The position numbers were made by a program, and so were the translations under genes. Positions 54,317 through 64,000 of a stretch of 64,000 nucleotides of DNA are shown piece by piece. The notes beneath the pieces are model-generated. The model made no database searches. It had not been told where the DNA came from and was given only the letters and a program-made list of their open reading frames with translations. Position 1 is the first letter of the stretch. Every line of letters begins with the position of its first letter. The stretch comes from Prochlorococcus sp. scB241_528O2 (GTDB taxonomy: Bacteria; Cyanobacteriota; Cyanobacteriia; PCC-6307; Cyanobiaceae): the NCBI GenBank assembly GCA_000634115.1, contig JFLJ01000123.1, positions 8,193-72,192 on the forward strand. The letters are read 5' to 3'.

Positions 54317-56095
54317 TTAGTTTCTTACTTTAATTTTTTTTAATTTATTTTTAGTTTCTCTATGTAGATCTCTAGGTAAATCAACCAAACTATAATCATT
54401 AAAAATCTGGATCTTGCCTATTGATCTACCATTTATATTAGTTGCATTACATATTGAGGATATAATATTTGCGACTCTAACCCCATCAAACTTACCAAAA
54501 TTAAATTTATAGGTTTCAAAAGAATCATTCTGATAATTATTTCTTCTATTTGAATTTCTCGAACGATTATTACCATTCCTATTTGTTCTACTTCGATCAT
54601 TATTATTTTGTTTATTTATCCAAGAATCATCTTCATTAACAAAAAATGCTTTATTACCAATAACTAAATTAATCGCTGCCATTGCAATATTTGATTCGTT
54701 CATAGAGTATTTTGCTTTTAAATTATCTAATACATCAATAATCAAAGCTTTATTGTCTTCATTTTCTTCTTGAGCTAAAGAACTCTCATTAACATTATCT
54801 ATAAGTTTCTCCATCCTTTTTTCATTTATTATTTTATTACTTGGTATATTAATTTCTTCAATCTTAGTTCTTGTTGAGTTTTCTAAGTTTCTTAGAAAAT
54901 GTTTTTCTCTTTGATTAACAAATAAAATTGCTTCTCCAGATCTACCTGCTCTTCCAGTTCTTCCAATTCTATGAGTATATGTTTCCTTATCAAAAGGAAA
55001 ATCGTAATTAACAACAAGTTTTATCCTCTCAACATCTAATCCTCTAGCTGCAACATCTGTTGCGACAAGAATATCAATAAACCCTTTTTTTAATCTATCT
55101 ACTGTATTTTCTCTCTGATTTTGAGGAATATCTCCATTAAGAACTGCGACAGTATGACCTGAATTTTCTAGAGCCTCAGCTATTGAAGTAGTAAGTAATT
55201 TTGTCCTTACAAAAATTATTACTCCCTCGTTATTAAGTTCTAATATTCTTTTCAAAGCATCTAACTTATGATGTCTTTGTACATATAGAAATTTTTGTGA
55301 AATTAATTGAGTTTCTTTTTTTACACTTTTGATTAATATTTCGGCGGGATCATTTAGATATTTTTTTGCTATGTTTCTAATCTCATTAGGCATTGTTGCT
55401 GAGAACAATACCATCTGTTTATTTTCAGGAAGTTGATCTATTATCCATTCAATATCTTCAAGGAAACCCATATTTAACATTTCATCGGCTTCATCTAAAA
55501 CAAGACAACTTATGTCTTTAATTTTAAAAGTACCTTGCCTTATGTGATCCATTATTCTTCCAGGGGTTCCAACTACAACGTCAACTTTTCTTTTCAATGC
55601 AGAGATTTGACTTCTATAGTCCGTGCCACCATATATTGCAACTGTCTTAAAGTTACTAGATTCAGAACTATAGCTTTTAAAAGATTCTGCCACTTGGGTT
55701 GCCAACTCTCTTGTAGGAGTCATAACTAAAACCTTGGCATTTAATTCTTTATTATCTGAAAGTTTTTCTATTAATGGTAATGCGAAAGCAGCAGTCTTAC
55801 CTGTTCCAGTTTGGGCTTGGCCTAACAAATCTCTACCTAACATTAGTTCCGGAATAGCAGCTTTTTGGATAGGAGTTGGATTTTTGTATCCTTTATTTCT
55901 TAACGAATTTAAGATCGATTGATTAAAACCAAAATTGATAAATCCATCCTCATTATTATTTTCTTTTGATTCTTGCAATGTTTGAGATTCAATTTCTTTT
56001 TTTTCTAAGTTCTTAGACTCAATTATAGAAACAGCATCTTTATGTGATTCCATATTAATATTGTCAACTGAGTGACCATTTTTCTTTAACGTCAT
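54317..56095 (-). CDS. deaD: DEAD-box RNA helicase, DeaD/CsdA type
   Basis: PTPIQ, TGTGKT, PTRELA, DEAD, SAT, HRIGRTGR; C-terminal DbpA-type RNA-binding domain (FG..DGV...IG.I.I...YS.VDLP). Confidence 0.88.
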   Translation of the reverse strand: MTLKKNGHSVDNINMESHKDAVSIIESKNLEKKEIESQTLQESKENNNEDGFINFGFNQSILNSLRNKGYKNPTPIQKAAIPELMLGRDLLGQAQTGTGKTAAFALPLIEKLSDNKELNAKVLVMTPTRELATQVAESFKSYSSESSNFKTVAIYGGTDYRSQISALKRKVDVVVGTPGRIMDHIRQGTFKIKDISCLVLDEADEMLNMGFLEDIEWIIDQLPENKQMVLFSATMPNEIRNIAKKYLNDPAEILIKSVKKETQLISQKFLYVQRHHKLDALKRILELNNEGVIIFVRTKLLTTSIAEALENSGHTVAVLNGDIPQNQRENTVDRLKKGFIDILVATDVAARGLDVERIKLVVNYDFPFDKETYTHRIGRTGRAGRSGEAILFVNQREKHFLRNLENSTRTKIEEINIPSNKIINEKRMEKLIDNVNESSLAQEENEDNKALIIDVLDNLKAKYSMNESNIAMAAINLVIGNKAFFVNEDDSWINKQNNNDRSRTNRNGNNRSRNSNRRNNYQNDSFETYKFNFGKFDGVRVANIISSICNATNINGRSIGKIQIFNDYSLVDLPRDLHRETKNKLKKIKVRN

Positions 56096-56184
56096 TTAAA
56101 ATGCCCAATTATCTTCTGATCAGGCATTCAACAAATATCTAAATTTACTTGAATTGTTGACTAGCCTTACAGAGCCGAACTATT

Positions 56185-56193
56185 AATCTAACA
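56185..56193 (-). promoter_or_regulatory. Putative extended -10 promoter of deaD
   Basis: TG-T-TAGATT on minus strand about 90 nt upstream of the ATG. Confidence 0.35.
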
Positions 56194-56233
56194 TCTTGAG
56201 GTTAAAATCTTACTGATATTTCAAAAATAAGCT

Positions 56234-57937
56234 TTAACTTAAATAATATATATCTAGAAATTTCTTAGCTCTTGTAATTGCAGTATAAAACAATCTTCGT
56301 TCAAAATTGTCTCTGAAAAAGATAGTTTCATCTTCTTTTTTCCATTTACCTTTATATTCATTTCTTCTAAATTTCTGGGACCACAATATGCTTACTTTTT
56401 TTGATTCACTTCCTTGAGATTTATGAATGGTAAGAGCTATTGCTGGCACAATATTTTCTAAATTAGATGGATCAATTAATTCAACAATTTCTTCGTTATT
56501 ATTATTAAATTTTCTAAAAAGATATTTTCTTTCATTTTGTAAACCTATAAGGACACCTATATCTCCATTTGACAATCCAAGTTCATTATTATTTTTTGTG
56601 CACATGATTGGAACACCCTCCTCTAGAGTTTTGAGGTCATAGGGTTTCTTTTGACCCAAAATAACTTCATTTAAATATTCAACGCTCCATAATCCTGTGT
56701 TTTTTTCACATAAAATCAAATGTCTTTGCAAATCTAGTAATATCTCATTTACTAAATCTTTTTCATTAAGCATTAAATTACCAATGGTCTTATCAAATAT
56801 ATATTTTTTTTTACTTAAATTTGAAGTTGAATGATTTAATTTATTTAGATAAGCCTTAATTTCATTAAAAAGATTTTCTGGGATATTTTTTTCTCTACTT
56901 TTTATAATTTTAACCTCTTTTGATTTATTATCTTTTTCTAATTCTTTAATCTTTTGATTTAATAAAGAATCATCATTATTAAATATTAAACTACTAATTA
57001 ATTCTATATCTCCACTATTTCTATAAGTTTTATTCAAATTTACTACACAAGATTTAATTAAACTATTATCAGAATATTCAAATAAATAATTCCAGATAGA
57101 ACAGTTATTAACTGGAGATAATTGATTTTTATCTCCAACTAAAATAATTTTGCAGTCCCTAGCTAGTAAACTTAAAACTGATTCAATCAAATCTATATTT
57201 ACCATTGACATTTCATCAATGATGAAGAAATCTAGTTCTTTTAGTCTAAATTTCAACTTAAAAGATTTATTTTGAGAATTAAAAATCCATCTGTGTAAAG
57301 TTTGAAATTCTATTTGATCTAGAAATTTTCTATTAGAAATATTTTTTTGATTATTAAGAGATTCTTTTAGACGAGCTGTAGCTTTCCCTGTTGGTGCTGA
57401 TATACCTATATTTAAAAAGTTATCAATTCTCAGTTGTTCTAATATTAAATTTATAATTAAAGTCGTTTTACCTGTGCCTGGTCCGCCTTGAAGAAAAACT
57501 AAATTTGACTTTTTAAATATATTTTTAATTTGATTAATTTTATTATCATCTTTATCAACTATCGAATTTATTGGATCATAGGTATTTATTTTTTTTAAGA
57601 AGAAATTAATAACTCTATCTAACTTCACAGACCATTTTGCTAGGGATAATTTTCTATCGACTAACATAAATGGTGAATTTAGGGAATCTATCAAGCCTAA
57701 ATCTTTTAGAATTTCTAAATGTTTATTGGGCCAGCCATCTTCTAATAGATCAAAGATTATTAAACTCTTATCTATATCAATAATAGTTTCACCATTTTTT
57801 TCAAACTCTAATAAAATTTTTATTGTATCTTTTACAAAATTACCATATTTTTTATTATTAAATTTAAAGATGCTCAATAATAAATTAAATACATGATCAT
57901 ATTGGGTATTATCAATGTCAAAATTTGTTTTGCTCAT
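56234..57937 (-). CDS. recD: Exodeoxyribonuclease V alpha subunit
   Basis: GGPGTGKTT, APTGKA, TLHR, DEMSM, GDKNQL, NGDIG, TIHKSQGSE, YTAITRA. Confidence 0.92.
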   Translation of the reverse strand: MSKTNFDIDNTQYDHVFNLLLSIFKFNNKKYGNFVKDTIKILLEFEKNGETIIDIDKSLIIFDLLEDGWPNKHLEILKDLGLIDSLNSPFMLVDRKLSLAKWSVKLDRVINFFLKKINTYDPINSIVDKDDNKINQIKNIFKKSNLVFLQGGPGTGKTTLIINLILEQLRIDNFLNIGISAPTGKATARLKESLNNQKNISNRKFLDQIEFQTLHRWIFNSQNKSFKLKFRLKELDFFIIDEMSMVNIDLIESVLSLLARDCKIILVGDKNQLSPVNNCSIWNYLFEYSDNSLIKSCVVNLNKTYRNSGDIELISSLIFNNDDSLLNQKIKELEKDNKSKEVKIIKSREKNIPENLFNEIKAYLNKLNHSTSNLSKKKYIFDKTIGNLMLNEKDLVNEILLDLQRHLILCEKNTGLWSVEYLNEVILGQKKPYDLKTLEEGVPIMCTKNNNELGLSNGDIGVLIGLQNERKYLFRKFNNNNEEIVELIDPSNLENIVPAIALTIHKSQGSESKKVSILWSQKFRRNEYKGKWKKEDETIFFRDNFERRLFYTAITRAKKFLDIYYLS

Positions 57938-57938
57938 T

Positions 57939-60900
57939 CTAAAAAAGATTATCTAAATAATTAATTCTGTTTAAAGGGGCATTACCAATAAATACACCAG
58001 GAGATATATCATTTGAATTTGATTTTTCAAATAATTTAAAATCTGGCAATCCCTTTAAAAAAAAATAAATATATCCACCTAGATGAAGATGGGGTTGATA
58101 ATTTTTAAATCTCCACTTTAATAATCTATGTAATGCTAATAAATAAAGATGAGATTGCAAAGGATAATGATGTTTAATCATTTCATCTCTCATATTTTCA
58201 TATTTATAGTTAATCGGTAAACAATCACTATTATCACTTCCAGAAATGAAATTACTTTTCCAATCTACTACCCACCATTTACTATCTTCAATAGTATTGC
58301 CTATTGGGAAAATACAGTCAATACATCCTGAATGAAAGCCTTTATTCAAAATTTTTAGCTCGTTTATTTTGTTTGAATATTCTTCACCAAACTCATATTC
58401 CTGATCTAAAAGAAAGCATTTTGATATATCGTTAGAATTTAAATTTCTACCTTTATAAGATAAAGTCAAATCATATTTAACCTCCTTAAGTAAGTTATCA
58501 TTAGGAATGTCAACAAGTTTCTTGTTTTGTAGTTCACTTCCTAAAGAGATATTTATAATTCTTAAAATCGCATCTTTTACTTTAAAAGCAAAAGAAGTAT
58601 CGATTTGATGAAAGCTTAATTCCTCAACAATTAAATCAATTAATTCTTGAGAATTGTGTTTTCTAAATTCAAATCTTTCTATTATTTTATGCAAACAAGT
58701 CCCAGCAATAGTTCCTTTTGGAAATTCACTTAAGGGATTAGGATAAGAAAAATATTTAGGATAATTCTTTGATTTATATAAATTAGACTCTTTGTTTATA
58801 TTGATAATTGAGATGTTATCTTGATAATCTTTATATTCATTAATTGATGAATCAATTTTTTTATCTTTACGAATCCATGAAGAATAACTTGAATAAGAAA
58901 TTAATTGATCAGAAGTATATTCTTTAGATATTTTTTTATTAAATTTATCTATTTTCCAAAGATTATTATTTAATCCATTAATTTGGTACTTAACAAAAAT
59001 TTCTTTAATTTTCTCTTTCTCTAAAGTATCTTTAAAAGTTGACTTATATATATTAATATTTTCAAAGTTAGAAAGTAAATCATTATTTAAAATATTATTT
59101 GTATCTTCTAAATCATTAAAAACTATAAGCTTATATTTACTCCTTGTAAGGGCTACATAAATTAACCTCTCACTCTCTTTAAATAAATCAGTTTCTTCAG
59201 CTAATTTAAATTTTTCAACCTTCTCATAATTATTAGAAATATTAATGTATATGCTTCTATCAATATTTAATTTCCAAATAGGTCCTTTAATTTTATTTGA
59301 TTTATTAGAAATAATTGATAAATATGGACATAAGACAATATCAAATTCAAGGCCCTTGCTACTATGTATAGTAGAAAGATTAATTCCATTTTTAAGATTA
59401 TAATCTTTGGTCAAAAAATCTTCTCCAGTACAAATTCTTAAAGAATGATCCAACTGATTTTTATACCAGTTAAAAACTTTACTTAGATTAAAATCATTAT
59501 TGATTAATTCTATTTCAATAATTTCTGAAAGTTGAAATAAACTTGAATATAAATCTGAATCTTGAGTAATCGAGGATGACTTATAATTTATAAGAAGTTC
59601 ATTAACAATATTTAAAAACCCTTTTTCTTTTAGTTCCTGAGACCAATTAAAAAATTTATTAATCAAAATTTCTAAATAACTACTAATTCCATCCTCAGGT
59701 AATTGTTCTAAATCAATTTCGATAAATTTAGAAGCAGCAAGCAAAGTTATTTTTTTATAAACCCTAGGATGCAATAAAGAGTCAATTAATAAAAATAATA
59801 GAGAACTTGCTTCTGTATCAAAAATATTTTGTTTATTTTGAATATTGCATGGGAGATTAAACTGAATTAATTTATTTTTCAAGTCTAAGCATTGCGAATT
59901 ATTTAAGGTAAGAATCGCAATTTTATTAATATCAATTTCTTTATTATTTAAAATAAAATTAACTATGTAATTAGTTACAAGATCTTCTATGTCAGTTTCT
60001 TTTTTTGAAAATTCTATAATTTCAAATACATCTTTACATTCAAATTCATAATTAATTTTTTCATGAATTCTAGAAGTTAATTTCGTATATTTTAGTTTTG
60101 ATTCATTAAGTCCATTTTTATAAAGTTTATTAATAACATGCAGTAATTTTTTTGAGGACCTATAATTATCTGTAAGACTAAAAACTTCTATTGCATTAGA
60201 TCTTGCATCTAAGTAAGTTTCAATATCGCCACCCCTAAATTTGTAGATCGCCTGTTTTGGATCACCTACACAAAGTAAAAAATGATTTTTTGTATTAAAG
60301 AACTTTTTTATTAAATTCCATTGAATATTATCAGTATCTTGAAACTCATCTACTAAGACACATTTAAATCTATTTTGAATTTGAGATAGATTACTATTCT
60401 TACTATGATCTGAATCTAGATATATATTTTCTACAGTCTTTATAAGATCATTAAAGTTAAAAATAGAAAGACTTTTCTTTAATTCAATTAATTTTATATA
60501 AGCTAATTGGATAAAAATTCTTACAAATTCAGTATAGAAGCCTTCTTTTATTTTATAAATTTTATCTTGTAGTAAATTAAATTTTGTAAAATCTAATTTT
60601 AGATTATGCTTTTTAATTTCTTTGGATATATTTTCTTTATAAAAATATTTAGATAAAAGATCATAATTAGAAATATCATATAGAGAATCAATCACATTTT
60701 TTGAATCAAGCCCTTTGTTAATTTGATTAATCCAAGAAATAATTTGATCAAATTTATCATTTCTTGGTTTTGATGCATATATTTGACTTTTGCCACCACA
60801 GTCCTTTATTAATTTTCCCAACTCAATAAGTTGCAAAAATAATTCCTTACCTTTTTTATTCCATTCAATACAAAACTCATTCCAATTAAAATACAAAAAT

Positions 60901-61574
60901 TCATTTAAATAACAATTTATATCAATATTCTTATATTTATTATTTATTTTAAATTTGCATATATTTTCTTGATCTATATTTTTTAAAAGTTGTACAAAAA
61001 ATGACTTATTGAGTCTACTTCCAAATCTAGAACTTATTTTTTTTTTGCTAACTGCTGAAATTAATTCTGGATGAAGATTTAGAAAATCATCGATCCACAA
61101 ATTATCGATTACATCTTTGTATAAATTATCTATATTATTCTCAATGAATGGATCTTGAGTTAAACCAATTTCAATACTATATTCATCCATAATATTATTG
61201 CAAAAAGCATGGAATGTAATTACTTTTAACTTATAAATTTCATTAACAAAATTATCAATTTCAGATATAATTTTTTCCTTAGAATTTTCTTTAACCTTAA
61301 ATTGTAGATACCAATCCTTAAGAGTATTATCTATCTCAATTCCATTATGATCCTGCAAATATAATTTTAAATTCCTAAATCTTGAAAGTATTTTATCTCG
61401 TAATTCAGAACATGTATTTTTTGTGAAACTTAATAAGAGTATCTCATCTGGTTTAATTCTTTTCTCTAAAACATTTCTTAAAACTAAGTGCGCTAAAGTA
61501 AAACTTTTACCAGTACCTGCACTAGCCTCTATTAATTTAAACTTATTATCTAATTTGATTTGATTAATATCCAT
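57939..61574 (-). CDS. recB: Exodeoxyribonuclease V beta subunit
   Basis: EASAGTGKS, DEFQDTD, GDPKQAIYKFRG, TIHSSKGLEF, YVALTR; nuclease GTCLH, GCID, DWKSN. Confidence 0.93.
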   Translation of the reverse strand: MDINQIKLDNKFKLIEASAGTGKSFTLAHLVLRNVLEKRIKPDEILLLSFTKNTCSELRDKILSRFRNLKLYLQDHNGIEIDNTLKDWYLQFKVKENSKEKIISEIDNFVNEIYKLKVITFHAFCNNIMDEYSIEIGLTQDPFIENNIDNLYKDVIDNLWIDDFLNLHPELISAVSKKKISSRFGSRLNKSFFVQLLKNIDQENICKFKINNKYKNIDINCYLNEFLYFNWNEFCIEWNKKGKELFLQLIELGKLIKDCGGKSQIYASKPRNDKFDQIISWINQINKGLDSKNVIDSLYDISNYDLLSKYFYKENISKEIKKHNLKLDFTKFNLLQDKIYKIKEGFYTEFVRIFIQLAYIKLIELKKSLSIFNFNDLIKTVENIYLDSDHSKNSNLSQIQNRFKCVLVDEFQDTDNIQWNLIKKFFNTKNHFLLCVGDPKQAIYKFRGGDIETYLDARSNAIEVFSLTDNYRSSKKLLHVINKLYKNGLNESKLKYTKLTSRIHEKINYEFECKDVFEIIEFSKKETDIEDLVTNYIVNFILNNKEIDINKIAILTLNNSQCLDLKNKLIQFNLPCNIQNKQNIFDTEASSLLFLLIDSLLHPRVYKKITLLAASKFIEIDLEQLPEDGISSYLEILINKFFNWSQELKEKGFLNIVNELLINYKSSSITQDSDLYSSLFQLSEIIEIELINNDFNLSKVFNWYKNQLDHSLRICTGEDFLTKDYNLKNGINLSTIHSSKGLEFDIVLCPYLSIISNKSNKIKGPIWKLNIDRSIYINISNNYEKVEKFKLAEETDLFKESERLIYVALTRSKYKLIVFNDLEDTNNILNNDLLSNFENINIYKSTFKDTLEKEKIKEIFVKYQINGLNNNLWKIDKFNKKISKEYTSDQLISYSSYSSWIRKDKKIDSSINEYKDYQDNISIININKESNLYKSKNYPKYFSYPNPLSEFPKGTIAGTCLHKIIERFEFRKHNSQELIDLIVEELSFHQIDTSFAFKVKDAILRIINISLGSELQNKKLVDIPNDNLLKEVKYDLTLSYKGRNLNSNDISKCFLLDQEYEFGEEYSNKINELKILNKGFHSGCIDCIFPIGNTIEDSKWWVVDWKSNFISGSDNSDCLPINYKYENMRDEMIKHHYPLQSHLYLLALHRLLKWRFKNYQPHLHLGGYIYFFLKGLPDFKLFEKSNSNDISPGVFIGNAPLNRINYLDNLF

Positions 61575-61586
61575 ATCTTTATTGAA

Positions 61587-62060
61587 TTAATATTTGACCT
61601 CATTTTTATAAAGTAAATAATTTTTAAATTTATTTATTAAATATTGCTCTTCTAAAACAATCTTGAATTTAATTACCAAAGCCAGACTTATTGATAAACA
61701 TAAATAATAAATAGATAGCTTTATTATAAAAACGCCAAAGGAAATAAAAATTAAAGAATAATACATAGGATGGCGCGTAAATCGATATATACCTTTAGTA
61801 ATAAGTTTGCTATTAGTTATAGGTCTTGGAAAAGGGGATAAATTTCTTCCTAAGTCTTTAATTGCTACTAACATTATTATGAAAGCGACTATGATAATTA
61901 AAATCCCCATGATATGAGATATATAACTAACTTGAATTATTTGTTTTTTTGGAAGTAATTCCCATTGAAAAAAATGAAGGCTAATAATAAAGAACTGTAG
62001 AAAAAAAAGTATTATTTCATAAGCTACTTTTAAAAGAGATTTTAACTGAAATATAGTCAT
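61587..62060 (-). CDS. Membrane methyltransferase, ICMT/PEMT family
   Basis: LGRNLSPFP, LITKGIYRFTRHPMY, EE.YL..KF..Y..Y. Confidence 0.85.
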   Translation of the reverse strand: MTIFQLKSLLKVAYEIILFFLQFFIISLHFFQWELLPKKQIIQVSYISHIMGILIIIVAFIIMLVAIKDLGRNLSPFPRPITNSKLITKGIYRFTRHPMYYSLIFISFGVFIIKLSIYYLCLSISLALVIKFKIVLEEQYLINKFKNYLLYKNEVKY

Positions 62061-64000
62061 GATTTATTTCTTAATGCTTTAATCAGAGGACCATATAATC
62101 TGAATGATAATTTATCAAAATTACTATTTCCAAAAAAGAAATCTGGCTCTTTTTCATCTCCAAAACATATTTTCATTTCCATACTATCTCTTTCACCTTT
62201 AGAAAAAGTTTTATTACCAATCCATCTATCTGAAAAAGCTTTTTTCTCATTTTTTGATTTTATTTTTGCTTCAACATATCTATAAGTACTTTCTGGAGGG
62301 AGCGGTAAACATTTTTCAGAATAATTCTTAAAAACATTTATGTATTCCTCAAAAATCAAATTTGACTCAATTGCTCCTGGAGATTGAATAATTTGAGATT
62401 TATATTCATTTTCTGTTCTAAAAATTACTCTAGTCTTTTTTATATTCTTCTTTAAAGAAGAAATAAATAGTGATTTTATCCAAGCCTCTGTCAAACGACT
62501 TAAACTTAGTTTAGAATGAATTAATTCAATTACGGTGTCATCAGCTATGAAATATTCTTCTTTATTTGAATTTGATTTAACATAAATTCTATTAATTTTA
62601 TTATGCTGACTCAGATTTGCAGATAGACTACTTAATAACTCTTTAATTTCTTTTTCTTTTGTAAATATACTATTTTTGGGCACAATGATCCCATTCTCAA
62701 TCAAATGATCATCAATTTTCAAATTTTTTAAATCATCAATAATTTTATAGTTATCAATATCTAATTGCTGGATTATTTTTGTTATTAATTGTGTCTTCTG
62801 AAGATTGCTTACATAATCATCTTCTGGATGATGAATAAATATTTCCTTAGGAGAAATATTTTTTTTATTAAGCCAATATTTTTGTGGATTCTTGAACCAA
62901 TATATTAGTTCTGATAATTTGTAATTTTTAATATCAAATTTTTTTTCATTCCAATCTATATTTTCTACCAAAGAATAATTACTTTTAATAATCTTAGAAC
63001 TATCAAGATCAATTATTTCCTTATTATTTAAATCAGAATCTTTGATTATTATTTTTCTTTGGCCTTTATTTAAAAAACTATCAAAAAAAGAAATTAACTC
63101 TTTTATAGGGAAAGAAACATCTAATTTTTTATTGTCTTTGTCATTCTTTACCCAAGTAACTATAAATTTATCTCTACAAGAAATTAACAACTCCAGAAAA
63201 AAATATTTCTCTCTTTCAAAAACCGATGGATCCCCTAGTTGATATTTATTATTTAATAAATTAATACTTTCATTCTTTGATAAGTTTGGATAATAAACGC
63301 TATTCATGTCTATTAGAAAAATAACCTTATGAGGTATATGCCTTGCGTTCTCAATGTCACTTACTAGAATCTTGTTTATACGAGATTGACTTTGATATTT
63401 AGCTTTATTTATACAAGAAATTAATATCTCTCTAAAAACATTTAACAAAATAAGATCATCAGGGATTAAAGGTATTGCGTAATTATCAAGAATCCTATTT
63501 ATTTGAATTATTTCCAAATTAAAATTCGAATTAGAATCAGCAATATTTTTTAATATAAACTTTATCTTTTCGACCCAAATTAAGTAAGAAAAAGATCCCC
63601 TAAGCAAATTAATATATTTTTTTAAATTAAGTAATATTTTAACCCATTTATTCAAATCCAAACTTATATTTTTTGGACTAAATGGTTTTAGCTTAAAATT
63701 ACTTAAATTGACTTCTTTGTCGTAAATCAAGCCTAAAGTAATTCTATTGATACACCACTCTAGGGTATTTTTTTCTTCACCTAATCTTTCATTGGCATCT
63801 AATCCCCAATGAAAACCTACTTGGTTAAGTAACAAAATAATTTCATCCTTCTCAGTAATATGAAAATCAAAAATGTTCTGAGTTACTTTTTTAGAGAGAA
63901 TATAGTCAATTTTTTCAAGTGTAATTTTCTCATTTGCTATTTCAGTGATTTCAATTAAAAATTTATATATTTCTGAAGAATCATTATTATCTTTATCAAT
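62057..64000 (-). CDS. recC: Exodeoxyribonuclease V gamma subunit (5' part outside window)
   Basis: Frame stays open from 63835 to 64000; GFHWGLD..ER, R.IPHKVI, EKYFFLELLIS.R..F.VTW; upstream of recB-recD. Confidence 0.85.
   Translation of the reverse strand: MDKDNNDSSEIYKFLIEITEIANEKITLEKIDYILSKKVTQNIFDFHITEKDEIILLLNQVGFHWGLDANERLGEEKNTLEWCINRITLGLIYDKEVNLSNFKLKPFSPKNISLDLNKWVKILLNLKKYINLLRGSFSYLIWVEKIKFILKNIADSNSNFNLEIIQINRILDNYAIPLIPDDLILLNVFREILISCINKAKYQSQSRINKILVSDIENARHIPHKVIFLIDMNSVYYPNLSKNESINLLNNKYQLGDPSVFEREKYFFLELLISCRDKFIVTWVKNDKDNKKLDVSFPIKELISFFDSFLNKGQRKIIIKDSDLNNKEIIDLDSSKIIKSNYSLVENIDWNEKKFDIKNYKLSELIYWFKNPQKYWLNKKNISPKEIFIHHPEDDYVSNLQKTQLITKIIQQLDIDNYKIIDDLKNLKIDDHLIENGIIVPKNSIFTKEKEIKELLSSLSANLSQHNKINRIYVKSNSNKEEYFIADDTVIELIHSKLSLSRLTEAWIKSLFISSLKKNIKKTRVIFRTENEYKSQIIQSPGAIESNLIFEEYINVFKNYSEKCLPLPPESTYRYVEAKIKSKNEKKAFSDRWIGNKTFSKGERDSMEMKICFGDEKEPDFFFGNSNFDKLSFRLYGPLIKALRNKS

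Noticed and set aside
62057-63835. RecC looks truncated (592 aa) in the ORF track
   Set aside because: The frame stays open to base 64000, so this is a window-edge artefact

Overview
AT-rich (about 30% GC by eye), very gene-dense cyanobacterial chromosome segment. Gene content (chlI, petG, petH, psbP, crtL, crtE, sasA, opcA-zwf), tiny intergenic gaps, no HIP1 (GCGATCGC) sites noticed and a Yfr1 sRNA between guaB and trxA point to core genome of a high-light Prochlorococcus marinus strain. The window holds about 55 CDS (partial genes at both ends; recC runs off the right edge), one tRNA-Glu(UUC) and the Yfr1 ncRNA. Three real features are missing from the ORF track: petG, Yfr1 and tRNA-Glu. 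I found no mobile element, prophage, CRISPR array or genomic island, and I cannot support a clearly new multi-gene system. The best leads are smaller: an ICMT/PEMT-type membrane methyltransferase translationally coupled inside the recC-recB-recD operon; a structured 5' leader ending just before the deaD start codon; an FNR with a hydrophobic N-terminal anchor in place of the CpcD domain; c-di-AMP synthesis and degradation enzymes that both deviate from family catalytic motifs (RHR to RHL, HH to HQ); an orphan CpcS/CpeS-like lyase; and several small uncharacterised proteins. All calls come from reading motifs by eye; no searches were run.
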